From Paraspadella gotoi (lineage: Eukaryota > Animalia > Chaetognatha), in contig CM119267.1 in NCBI GenBank assembly GCA_051294375.1, forward strand, positions 24,687,783 through 24,751,782: a DNA stretch of 64,000 nt, written 5' to 3'. A program made the position numbers and the translations under genes. Positions 33,801 to 46,914 of this stretch are shown here, one piece after another. Numbering within the stretch: the first letter of the stretch is position 1; every line of letters begins with the position of its first letter. The notes under the pieces are model-generated. The model was not told the DNA's origin, searched no databases, and worked only from the letters and a program-made list of their open reading frames with translations.

Positions 33801-34144
33801 CGTCGTCTCTTGAAATCGAATTTTGACCAAAATCTAAATTTATTCGCTTTAAAAATTTTAGGAGACAAGTCGGTCTGTCATTCAAGACTCGTGACGCGAA
33901 TAGAAATAATGAGAAAACGCGAAATATAGAGCAATTTGATTGGAGCAAAAGTAGTAATCAGAGAGAGAGAGAGAGAGAAACAAAATAAAAGAGAAAAGTC
34001 GGAGTATGAGTCGAAGAAAGGAAGGCGGAAAGAATTGACTTTTTGTGAATGAAAATGAAAAACTAGAAAAAAATTAATGAAATAATAATTTAATGTTCAA
34101 AAATAACTACAGATTAATCTTTTATATTATTTTTTTAATCTTCA

Positions 34145-37100
34145 GTTCAATCGATTTCGCTGTGGGTCGATCCATCGCTTCGATCCCTGTATCGAGGATT
34201 TTCAAATTCTAGATTTCGATGTCATCTGTTTTCCGCGTTCGCCGACCGAAGGCAGCACCGTCGCTTCGTTAGGATCATGGCCGTGATGAAAACAGAAGGA
34301 CATGGAAGGAGAAGTTGGAACGAAATTAAAAGATGTATAAATACAATTTTATTTATATTTTATCAATATCGATACATTACATGATAAACTAAAAGCTACA
34401 TCATGAATCACAATTGTCTCGACGAGAACTTGAAGAGTAGAAAACGAAATTTTGCTAAATACTACAATATATTCTTTAAAAAAAATACTATTAAAAACCA
34501 AGTAAGTTAAGTCTTTAGTATAAATCAGAAATCATCTTTTGTAACTTGTTAAATATTTCTGATCACCAGTTGATTGACATAAGAAGGACAGAAGTGGCCA
34601 CAAATAAAATTCCAAGTTCGTTTGAAATTCTCTTCATTATCGAAATTCAAGGCTCGAAATTCGAAATGGCGAAATAAATTGCGTTCGAGTTTATGAATAA
34701 TCAATTAAGAACTTTGCGCGTCTCTGATTGATAAGTTAGTGAGAAGTATCCTTGGTAGAGGAAAGAGGGAATAAAATTCAATCTTACTTCATCTGTAATT
34801 ATCTACTCTCTCTCTCTCCTCTCCTTCTCTCTCTCTCTCTCTCTCGCTCTTCTCTCGTCTCTCTCTCTCTCTTCTCTCTTTCTCTTTCTCTCTCTCTCTC
34901 TCTCTCCTGTCACTTTTTAGTTAACTACAATCCTTCGAAGTAGCATCTGTATAGTCATCTTTTGGTCGGTCGGTCTTTTAGAATGGTCAGTTCGGTTATT
35001 GATTTGGCAAGTATGTCTTTCCGTCACTGTCGTTAACAGTTTAACTCGAAAGTTCCAGTTCTCCATTTTTACCGACATTCAAGCAAGATTCTGCTGATTG
35101 GCATCCAAAGACTGAAAGGATTTCCCTCATTTCGATTCCATCAACCAAAGCAAAATTCTCATCTTTTTTTTCAAGTCTGAATGATGCGATGAAGTTTAAT
35201 AAAATGAGAGAAAATGTCAATTATCGATATTTAACATACTTCTCAAAAGTTATCTTCCATATCAAACGTTCTTTATCCTTGAATGCTTTTCCCAATTTTT
35301 ATTTCTGTTTCTTTTGTGGATTGATTCTTTTTTACTTTTGATATCATAATCGTACGGAAAGCTTTCTCGGTTACCTTTAAAATAAAAATAGAAAATTAAA
35401 CATTTTTTTAAAAAATTATATGTAGGTTTAAGTAGAAGTAAACAAACAAAAATTCTTAACTTCCCGTGAAAAAACATACATTCATGCACGACAGAATTGA
35501 CTGACAATTTATTTTATCATTCAAGTCATTGAGACGACTTACCCTGGCCTTACCCTTACGACTTACCCTGGCCTTACCTATTATACAACCTTCCTCTTAT
35601 CTCTTCTAGCGACGTCAGTCAATATGGTCAAATCAGCTTTCGAAGACTGACCTGACAAAGCACAGAGGACCTGACGGCTTTGTCTGACGGTTCAAGTCAG
35701 ATCTAGGCGTTGAGGTCCGGGTCACAATACTTCATCAAGAACCCTTTTATATTTTATTTATTATTTTTTGTCTTCGACTACTTAGTGATTTTGGTAACGG
35801 AATAACATGTACAGCGTGATGCCCACTGCCACTGCATTCGGCATCTTAATTAGCGGCTTAGACCCTCATCGGTTGCCCATATCACAGCATGGTCAATACC
35901 ATTATACAGTCTCTTTGAAGACTAAGCAAGCATTGTACTCAGAATGCTTGATGCGAGACTGCTATAGTTTTCTTTTTTTTTTTGTTGTCCCGGAAATAAG
36001 CAAACATTATGTTAACGCACACAAACCTGTATCAGTTCGATTCTTTGTTGCTGACAAAATTTTAGCCCGATACGAAATAATTGGCACAAAATGGTGTGAC
36101 AGCGATGATAATACATAGAATCTGAAGAAACAAATTCTTGGGCTCCAGACCATCGCGCCCCTAGGTTAGGCCAAAAGCGGTACAACAATGAGACAATGAC
36201 AATGGCGATTGGCAGAAAGAAAGTTTTGAGAGCAAGTCAAAGTTTTCTTTGAAAAAAAACAAAGGTAAATAATTGTTATGTGAAGATCACTCCATTGTCT
36301 AGCCACTCGACTTGTATGGATCTGTGGAAGTAAAATTATCATAGAAAGTGTCAATTTAAATGTAATTAATATCTTGTAAGGATTATAAAGTTTGACCTTT
36401 CTAACATTTTTACTATTTATAAACAATCTGTAAACTGCCGAAATTTTAATTGCCTTGATCAAGTCAATCATGAACAAAGAAAATACCTGACTATTTAAAA
36501 TATTTATCAACTCAAACAAAGTTTAATGGACAATGAATCTCAACCTCAGGGCCAATCATTCACCTAATCTCACCTTCAACATTACATAACTTGAAGGATC
36601 ATCACAGACTTGTCCTACATAAGATTGATGAGCTTGTTCTCCAGTCGCGAACCAATTCTGGGCAGTTTTTGGTTGGAAACGGATTTTGAATCTTTTGTCC
36701 CACAACACGTTTGGGCTTCTTTAATAAGTAAATGTTCATAAGAATGTACAATGAAAGAGTTCATGCGAAACGTGCTTTGGCTTCGGTTTTCGCCATTTTG
36801 CTCATTAAATTTTATCTGGCTTCTGGTGTCGCTGTTTGTAGCCAGTGTATCTCGTCTGATGACAACCAAAGACAGATTTTGTTGCATATCTAGTCCAAAG
36901 TAGTAAAGTCAATAAATGGGCTTCATAAGCTCGAACAATTTGTTGGGTGAAACGTTTATTTGCGGGTCCAATATATTGCAGGCTCAGCCACATATTTTTT
37001 AAATTTCTTTGAAAGAAAATGAAAATCGTTTCTCGATGCAGCTCATCCAACGTCATGCCAGCATTTTCATCTCCAATTCTATTTTAATTTAATTTAATTT

Positions 37101-38090
37101 AACTTCATTATGTAATACTTTGCAACAAACCATGTTGCATATGCATGTTCAAATTTAAATTTTGAATGATATTGAATAATGATATTTCTTAAATATTCAA
37201 AATACCATACCTTTAGCTATTATGTAAATCCAAATTTTAAGTTCTTTTCTTGTAAACAGTTATCGTTTAATTTCCAGCTTAAAGCCTTTCGGAAATTGGT
37301 TTCAAAGAGAACAAATGATATGCAAGGCAAGATATGACACGTGCAATACCAAAACCGGGAAAACTATGGACTAAACGAGAGATGAAGTTTTTTTCCAAAT
37401 TTACAAATATTTTTGTGGTTGAAGAAATTAAGGAGTAAATAAATTTGTAAAACTGGCGCAAAAATTAGGAACAAATGAAAGAATCTCTGTAATCGATAAC
37501 CTGAATCAGTGAAGATTCAGGAGAATTCATGGATGATAGAGAATTCGGAAGATTCAGGAATATTAGGAGAATCAGGAAGATCAGGAAATCAGGAAGAATT
37601 CAGGAAGATTCCAGGAGGATTCAGGAAGATGGATATTTATTGCATTCATGTATTCAAAATTCTATTTTTTTTCTCTTCAGTCAATTTATAATCTGCTCAG
37701 TTTTTTTCTTCAATAATTTTGTTAAAGAAATAACGATTTTTCAGTAAATTTATTCATTACGTTTGTTACTAACAGTTAACACTTCAACATTATCTTTAGG
37801 ATCCATGAAGTTAAAAAATTTAGTATCCAAATCTTTAATTTTAAATAAATAATCCATCCAGCCTTTCCTGAATATTTTGAAACTGATATTATTTTTTTTT
37901 ATTTGATCGAGTAATTCTGCTTTCATTGTATTTGAAAGTTTCCAAAAATCTTATGTATTGTCTGCTTGGTCTTGGAACGAACAAATGGCTCCAATAAGAA
38001 CAAAAACTTGCAAAGACGAATACTGGCATAAGAGTTGAATGCTCGGCCTCAATTGGTCTATGCACCGACAATAAAATATAAGCCTCATCT
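34145..38090 (-). pseudogene. Frameshifted mirror copy of XK-like exons 7 (part) to 13, plus the GT92 exon copy at about 34145-34315 (+)
   Basis: ORF fragments such as GNRESFPYDYD, RVARQWSDLH and STFRMNSFI match the left arm. Confidence 0.8.
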
Positions 38091-38115
38091 NNNNNNNNNN
38101 NNNNNNNNNNNNNNN

Positions 38116-38147
<32 letters not shown>

Positions 38148-38404
38148 ACGTATTTATTCATGGACGTCGTTAAAAATTCTGAGGGAAAATGAATCAAAGA
38201 ATAAACTTTGAGGAAAAAAAGGAGAAAAAAAGATATGATGTCAAAAGGTAGTAAAGGGAAATGGAATAATAAATTTTATAAGCTTTAAAAATATTTAACT
38301 AAACGATAAAACGTAAAAAACAAATGTTAATGCAAATTCACAATTTCACATTTCCATCTCGTGAATTCGTCACTCAATCGAGTCAAACTGAGGCCTTGCT
38401 TTTC

Positions 38405-38760
38405 TTATGAAATTGGTACAACCAATATAAAAATTATCCGTTCATTTAATAAATAAGCTATCTTGCCCCTGACTTTGGACAGGCTTTGGTGGTTTAAGGC
38501 CTCCATCACTCTTACAAGATAATGACATAGCAGGTCTCTGCAAGCTTTCAATCAAGACTCTCTCACAGACCCGTTTATTCACTCCCAGAGTACCTGGCTT
38601 CCCTATCAATGAAGTGGTATAATATTTCAAAGAATGTTTCAATTGTATGAAAAGACCACTCCTTTAAGTATTAGATCGGGGAATACTTATTGTACTCCGC
38701 ACTTGCATCAAAATACAAGGAGCTGAATTTTATGAAATTGGTACAACCAATATAAATTTA
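38405..38760 (+). repeat. Longest copy of the dispersed repeat, bounded by a 27-bp direct repeat
   Basis: ttatgaaattggtacaaccaatataaa at about 38405 and 38730. Confidence 0.75.
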
Positions 38761-38859
38761 TATAATATATTATTTATTTTTTTACAAATTATGTCTGTTT
38801 ATTTGGCTTGGCTTGGCTTGATTATTTAGCTAACTACATCCTTATTATTTAGGTTCCTG

Positions 38860-39960
38860 ATTTTATCTCTTTTCCTTTTTTCTATATCCTTCTCTTTCCT
38901 TTTTTAATTCCCTTCTCTTTCCCTTTTTCATTTCATTCCCTTTCTTTCCTTTTTTTAATTCCCTTTTCTTTCTTATTATTCTCTCCTCTTTCTTATTTTT
39001 CTATCTTCCTCTTCTTTTTTTTATTCCTTGTCCTTTTTCTTTCTATCCTTCTCTTCATTATTTTTTAATTCCTTCTCGTTTCCTTTTCATTTCCTTCTTT
39101 TCCTTTTTTATTCCCTTCGTCTCATTCCTTTCTTTAATTCCTTCTCTTTCCTTTTTTTATTCCCTTATCTTTATAGCTTTTTCAATTCCCTTCTCTTTCC
39201 TTTTTAATTCCATTCTCTTCCTTTTTTTATCATTTTCTTTCCACTTTTTTATTCCTTTTTTTCCTTTTATTAATTCCTTCTCTTTCCTTTTTTATACTTC
39301 CTCTTACTTTTTAAATTCCCTTGCTCTTCCTTTGTTTTAATTCTTCTTTTCCTTTTTTAATTCCTTCTGCTTTGCTTTTTTAATGTCGCTTCTCTTTCCT
39401 TTTTTTAATTCCTTCTCTTTCCTTTTTTAATTCCCTTACTACTTTTGCCTTTGTTTCAATTCCCTTCTTTCTTTTATTTCCCTTGTTTTCCTTCAATATC
39501 CCTTCTCTTTCCTTTTTCAATTCCCTTCTCTTTCCTTTTTAAATTAGCCATTCTCTCCTTTCATTCTTTCTTTATATTTCCCTTCTTCTTTCCTTTCAAT
39601 TCCCTTCTCTTCTTTTTTCAATTCCTTCTCTCTTTTCCTTTTCAGTTCCCTTGTCTTTTCCCTTCTTCAATTCCCTTCTCTTCTTTTTCAATTCCCTTCT
39701 CTTTCCTTTTTAATTCCTTCTCTTTCCTTTTTTTATTCCCTTCTCTTCCTTTTTCTATTCCTTTTCTTTCTTTTTTTAATTCTTCTCTTTCTTTTTCTAT
39801 TCCTTCTCTTTCCATTTTTAATTCCTTCTCTTTCCTTTTTCAATTTCCTTCTCTTTCCTTTTTTGATTCCCTTCTCTTTCCTTTTTCTATTCCTTCTCTT
39901 TCCTTTTTTAATTCCCTTCTCTTTCCTTTTTTAATTTCCTTCTATTTTCTTTTCTTTTTT
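38860..39960. repeat. Pyrimidine minisatellite, about 23-bp period (ttcccttctctttccttttttaa)
   Basis: Direct inspection. Confidence 0.9.
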
Positions 39961-40788
39961 CCTTTTTTATCCTTTTTTTTCCTTTCCTCCCCTCTTCCTT
40001 TTTTTTCCCGCCGTCAGAGGGGGCGTCGCCTTAGATAACGAGTCTCGATCAAACGAACCTCGAGAAGATAAAACCGAATCAACACTTCTCTCTTTCTCTT
40101 CTTCTTTCTCCTCTTTCTCTCTCCTCCCTCCCTCCCCCTCTCCTCCCTCCCTCCCTTTCTCCTTCCCCTCTCCTCCCTCTCTCCCTCTTTCCTCCCTTCC
40201 TTCACCTCCCTTCACTTCTCCTTCAACCGATGAATAAATTTATGGTGACGACTCAACAGATAACCGACCTCCGCTGTATTTATGTCGTTGGACAAACATT
40301 AGGATTTAAATACGCGGCTCTTTCTGTATTTATGTCCTTCGGGGGAGAGAGAGAGATTCGCCTTTTGTTTTCCTCTTAAGTTTGTTTGTGTTTTTGTTTG
40401 AGTCTCTCGATCTGACGGTTGAAAAAATACGGGGTAAAACAAAAGGTCTACATCCTTATTTTCCTATTGTATACAATTGAAACATACTTTGAAATGTTAT
40501 ATACTACTTCATTTTTGGGGAAGCCGGGTATTCGGCGGGTATCCTGTGAGAGTCTTGATGGTCACGCTGTGTTATCATTTTATCATTTTGTAAGAGTAAT
40601 GGAGGCTTTAAACCACCATAGTCTGTCCATAGTCATTATTTATTAAATGAATGGATAATTTTGGAATTGGTTGAACCAATTTCATATAGAAATGTAAACT
40701 TTTAGTTCTTAATTCAACGTTTTAATTAAGATATTTTTATCTTGATTATTTTTGTAAAGTAAGTTCCGGTCGAGACAAACCAACTTAC

Positions 40789-40901
40789 CTTGTTTCTCCG
40801 CGAAGAGAAATCACGGGTGAGGTTGAGGAGGAAGAGGAGGAGGAGGAGGAAGAGGAGGAGGAGGAGGAAGACGATGAGGAGGAGGAAGAAGAAGAAAAAA
40901 C
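40789..40901 (-). CDS. Orphan exon candidate, possibly a GT92 5' exon
   Basis: Strong tttttgttttttag acceptor and aag|gtaagt donor around a (TCC)n core; reading frame ambiguous. Confidence 0.3.
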
Positions 40902-41000
40902 CTAAAAAACAAAAACAGATAAACACATTTTTCTTCTCTCTTGTCTTTGCTCAATTTCTCTCACTCTGTCTCTTAGTGTCTCTCTCTCTTTCTCTATCTC

Positions 41001-41067
<67 letters not shown>

Positions 41068-41267
41068 CCTCTCCACGAAATATCACACTTTTTTCCCTTA
41101 ACGATAAAATATGTTCGAGTTACATTTGCTTGAGAGCAGCTGTGATTTTTCCAAGAAGATTAATTTCGAATACGACGACGACGACGACGACGACAACAAC
41201 AACAAGGACAACGTCGAAGAAGAAGAAGCCATCTTCGGATGTTAAGGGAAAAACCCATAAAATATTC

Positions 41268-41303
<36 letters not shown>

Positions 41304-42899
41304 NNNNNNNNNNNNNNNNNNNNNNNNNAAGAAAGGAATGAATATTATTTTCTTCCTTATGATGCGCGATCTGATTTGGCTGGAAAGTGTGACCCAGTGA
41401 GTGACATGTCACACAATATCTTCCTTCCATCGTGACCGGATCACACCAAATCTTCCTTCTGATGTGACCGAACTGTGAACACGCTTGCGCATGTCACCTT
41501 TTGATGCGACATTCTGTGACCGTTGCTGCGACAGATGTGAACGGACCCTTTCCTATTGGTACGAATTTTGATACTGAGTGACCGATAGTTTTTATTGTTA
41601 GAAAAAAAGTTACAATTTGAACCATCCATTTAAAGTTTTGAGTTTGTATGAGAAGAGAACTATTTTAATATGCCGTAGACAATATGTACCATGAATGTAT
41701 ACATAAACTTTTACCCGCTCGAAGCCGAAGCCACAGTAAGACTTTTTTCATGCACAAGTTGGCACTGTCGGAGCAAAGATTACATATGGTATTCATGGCT
41801 GCGTTATTTAACGCTGTACTAAAAAGATGGAACTCCAGTCCACGATAATGGTCAGTCCTCCCTCGCCCCGTCCGTCCGTCGGTCCATCCTGGCGATGACG
41901 AGGAGAAAGGAAATTAAGGAAGCCGAGAACCAGGTCGATGATTACGCCCCCCCCCACCTCTTTCCCTTTTTTTTTTCTCAAGCGCGAGTGGAAGGAAGAT
42001 AAAGAGATAAGTTAAATCTCGTGAGCTCCTTCACTCAATTAGCTTATTTCTTCCCCTCCCCCATTTTTCTTTTTTTTTAATTCTGTACTCTTCAGATTTA
42101 CCAATGGTTGTCCAGAGACAGGACCTCTCTCTCTGCTTTTTTTTTCTCCTTAATTCCCGAGGACCGAGACATCGAATGAGCCTTGATTTTAGAAAATGCC
42201 TTAAGGTTCGATTATCATGTAATTCGCTTTTATCTAAATTTTTCTAACGATTTTGACCTACCCTTTTCAATACGACCTTATTTGATGAAAGCAGATGTAA
42301 ACTTTGAATTTAATTAGTTTTGAAAATTGAAACGAAAATAATATTATAATATTTATGGGATCAGATTTCTGCCATTCAAGAGGCCCGTTAATCATGTACT
42401 GAGCATTATTATTTTCTCATTCATGTTTCCCGTTTTTCCCCCTTCATTAATAAAATTAAGTTAATTAATTTATCGATTTATTCTTTAATTTATCTTATCC
42501 ACGATTCTTTTTCCCCGAGATTAAATCAAGACATTTTTCTTTACCTTCATCAAGATCATTTATATCTCTCTTTTCAAAGACTAACTTAACGACTATTAAG
42601 AATCTTAAATTAATCTTCACGTTCACATCCTCACAGAATTAAAAAGATGAAAAAAAAAAGGAGACCCGACCATAGATTAAAACCGTCGCGTGCGTAAAAA
42701 GTAAAAAAATAAAGATTTAATGAAACGAATTTAATTACTTTAACTGAATGAATATTTAAAAAACCAAACCGACAAATATAATTTTTTTTTTGAAAATTAA
42801 CTAATTATTATTAATCGACGGAAAGGCAGACAGACAATTAAAAACATCAACAATAAGAATAAAGATTAAACTAAATTAAAGGAATTTAATTAATTTTTA

Positions 42900-43240
42900 G
42901 GTTTGAAAATAGGGTTAGGGTCAGGGATTACGTAAGGGATAAGGTTAGGATTACGATGAGGATCACGTCGGTCATTATGGTATTGGTTAAGGATTAAGGG
43001 TCATGGGATTTATAATTAGGGTTAGAATAGGGTAGAATAGGGTCAAATATGGTTAGAATAGAAGTTAGGAATGGTTTAGGATAGGGTTAATGGATTTATG
43101 AGATTTATGGGATTTATGGATTTATTGGTTAGAGTTATAAATTATAGATTAGGTTATAGGTTAAAGATTAGCTAATTATTCGAGTTAAAGATTGGGTATT
43201 AGATTAGAGTTAAAGATTGTGTTAAAATTAAGTTCAGGGA
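42900..43240 (+). repeat. Degenerate TTAGGG-like tract
   Basis: agggttagggtcaggg-type variants. Confidence 0.6.
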
Positions 43241-44738
43241 TAAAAAAATAGAGAAATAGAGCGCTTTAATGAAAGAGAGCCTCTGATCCTCATGTCTTCT
43301 TATAAAGTTTCTCCATAAATTTTGTAAATTTAATCCCGAAAACGAACTTACCCATCCTCCGGAGAAAACCTGACCCGTTTACCTAAAAGTGATCCCGGGG
43401 CCCATTAAATTTCTGATGCTCTTTTCTCGTCGTCGTCATCGTCGTCGTCGTCGCCGCCATTTTTTCTTTTCAAGAGAGGTTTTATTTTTTTAATTAACTC
43501 CGTTGTTTAAAAGTTTTTAACAAAACCAAAGTGAGATTAAAGTAATTAATTAAAGTGCTATGTTCGTCCATTTTCTTCGTAACTATCAACGCCCTCTCTT
43601 TATCTTTTTATTTAATTTTAATCTCTCTCGTTCTTTAGCCTTTATCGATTTGAAGATAATGGATAATTTGAAGTTAATCTTACTTTTTTTTAAGGATCGA
43701 ATCTTGAAGATTTAAACTATTCGTTATCTCAGATTTTGACTTGTTTTCTTACAAAGTGATATTAAAATTTGGTTTTGAAGTACAACTGATTAATTCTTTC
43801 TCGCGATATATAAAATTATCGAAGCTCCAATAGTGATTTTCTAATGAGGCGAAATACCAAGGCTTACCAAAGTGCTTTCTTAGTTCTAAATTTCTATTCT
43901 TTTTTTTTTTTTTGGTCAAACCTAACCGAGTTATCTGGTGAGTCAGTGACAAAAGAGAAGAGAGAGTAAGAGAGAGAGAAGAGAAGAAGAGAGAGAGAGA
44001 GAGAGAGAAGAAGACAGACCAACAGACAGACCAACGAGAGATAGAGAGAGAATCATCATCTCCAATGCTTCTTTTATCTTAATTGTGTTGACCTATCTTA
44101 ATGTTTCTTCTTCTCTCTACGAGATAGAAATTTTCGTGATTGAAGAAAAAACAAATAATATAAAAAAAACCAAAAAAAAACACAATGATGTCAGAGTTTC
44201 TTCGGACACAGAGAGTCAGGCCTCACGTTCGAAATCAAACCTCCCTTCGGGCGTTTGTGACAAAAAAACAATTAGAGAGGCGCTGGCGCTCTTCCTACTC
44301 TCTCTCTCTCTCCCTCTATCCTCTCTCTCTCTCTCTTCTCTGCTCTCTCTCTCTCTCTCTCTCTTTCTCTCTTCATTCTCAACGATCGCCGAAGAGGAAA
44401 TGCTTTTATGCGAAGGAAGGTCTAAGTCGCCGATGGGGCATTGACATGGGAGAACATTGGGGGGGAATCTTTTTGGGGACCCATTGGGCGAACTGACTAT
44501 GGGGATGACATGGGACATGAGGTGTTGTGGAATACCACTGGAAACGAGCGGTGGAACCCCGGGAACGACAACGCATGAACAAAACTAACCAATTACCACA
44601 CACCAACACAACCAACAAAAAGTTGTTGCGTCGCACTGCAATCGCAACTCAGTGAAAACCGGAACGGCATTGAGAAGCCTTGATGAGTTGTTTTAGGTTT
44701 TCTTTCTTTCTTTCTTTCTTTTCTTTCCTCTTCTTTTT

Positions 44739-44781
<43 letters not shown>

Positions 44782-45130
44782 TTCTCTCTCTCTCTCTCTC
44801 TCTCTCTCCTCTCCTCTCTCTCTCTCTCCCTCCCTCCCTCTCTCCAATTTAACCACGATTTCAACCCAAAAAAAACAAAAGGACGCACTCCGACGCGAAA
44901 CATCTCCGTCGATTTCGCTTCGCCAGTCTTATCTTTTCAGGTCTTTTTAAGAGAGACTCTTACGCTTAAACGAGGAGTGAAAATAGAAGGCCTGATTTTC
45001 TCCCCTAATGGGGGTCGGGGCAGTTTATCCCTGTTTTTTTCTTCTTTCGACGTCAGAGAGGTGTTCCCTCTTCAAGGACAAGCCGAATAGATAGAAAGCG
45101 ATAAGGGGAGGATAAAGGAGGATAAGAGGG

Positions 45131-45343
45131 TGTGACGGTCCCTCAGTCTTGTCTTATATCTCTCGTACCGATAAAACTGTGCGTCCCGGACATAGCATCC
45201 GTAAATCCCTGGGCGTATCCCAGTTCTGGGACTAAACGTGACCGGATCGTTTAAACATTCAGTGACAGGAGGCGGTCACTGTTGGGTCCACACTCGCTGT
45301 GTTGAGATAACCCGCGCACATGGCGGGTATCACCGTCAATCAC
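45131..45343. mobile_element. Solo-LTR-like element
   Basis: Termini tgtgacggt...accgtca(at)caca; GC-richer than flanks. Confidence 0.4.
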
Positions 45344-46847
45344 AAACCTTTGCCATAAGGAAATGAAGAAGGAGACAAAGCGATAAGATATTAGACTAAA
45401 ATGAGAGATTGTAATTGTGAATACAATTAGACGTTTAACTATTGGTCGTTGTCATTCATACCACAAAAATGCCAGTAATTATCGCTCACGAACATGTGTA
45501 TTAATTAAAGGTACTTATAACATCACACAAATATAACTATTTTGTCATTTATTCTATAGCATGCAGAGACGAGACAAAATACGTAAAGCAACGCAGTGTT
45601 GAAAGTCAAAAGAGGAAACTGGCGCAGTGAGATAAATGACTAGAAAGAAAAATCCGACAAGAAATCCGTGGCGAAAAAAGAAAGAAAAAATTAGGAAAAG
45701 AAGAAATTGGAGAAATTTAAAAAGAAGAGGAAAAGGAGAAACAGAAAATAATAGTTAAAAGAAAAAGAAAGAACAGAAAGAAAGAAAGAAAGAAAGAAAA
45801 AATGAAAAAAAGAAAGAAGAAAAAAAAAAGAAAAAAAGAAAGAAAAGAAAGAAAGAAAAAAAAGAAAGAAAGAAAGAACAGAAAGAACAGAAAAGAACAG
45901 AAAACCAAACCTAAAAAAATATTAAAGAATGATAAAAAGAAAACCGGAAAAGTAGAATTAACCAAAAACAACAATTAAAAAAGAATAAAAAACCAAAGTA
46001 GGAAAAATTAAAGAGACAGACCATGTTAAGAAATAAAAATAGAAAAAAGACGTCTTAAAAGAAAAGCGGAAAAAAGGAGAAAGTCGAGCAACAATTCATC
46101 TTCCGCTGCGTCAGAGCAGATCTCCTTTTTGGACGGAAAGCAAATGAGGTGATCTCGTTGGTGCGGAGCGGGGGAGGAGGAGGAGGGGGAGAGACGGAGG
46201 AGGTAAGGCAGGAGAGGAGCGCAAGGAGGCGGTGTTGAGGCCGGAGTGAGGGGTGTGGAGGGTGAAGCCGAAGACGAATAGGAAATATCGTAGGTCGGAC
46301 CAACCACGTATGTGTTTATAGAAGATGTTCTGCGAAGATACTCCCAACAACCAATACTACAGTTATGATCGTCTTTAATTACCAAAGAATGGAGAGAAGA
46401 TAAAATAACCAATGAATTGAGCTAAAAATGAAATAACTACAATAAATAAATTAAGTTTTTTTACGACGAAATCCAATTCGCGATGCCGAGAACGAAGAAC
46501 AGTCTTCAACAATAGCGCTGGTAGAAGAAGTATAATTTCCCTATCATGTTCGTTCAGGTTCTTCCATCTCTCTCACTCCTCTCTCTCTCATCTCTCTCTC
46601 TCTCTCTTCTCTCTCTCTCCTCTCTCTCTCCCTCTCCTCTTCTCTCTCTCTCCTCTCTTCTTCATAATCCTCAATTTTCTCCCCCGACTTTTCATTCCGA
46701 ATCGAGTCGACTACCAATTGAAAAAGATCCTGATCCTGCTGAAGGGCGAAAGCACCGAAACTCGCTCGCGGTTCGAACAATGTCAACGGGGCATCGGTCG
46801 ATGAGAGAAGAGAAAGACTAGATGTCGAGAGGAGATGAGCAGAGACC

Positions 46848-46914
<67 letters not shown>

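Noticed and set aside
34145-38090. Genuine paralogous gene
   Set aside because: Differences are indel-dominated, like uncorrected long-read error, rather than synonymous divergence
46026-46830. GC-richer ORF fragments
   Set aside because: Possibly exonic, but no consistent splice model or recognisable domain in error-prone sequence
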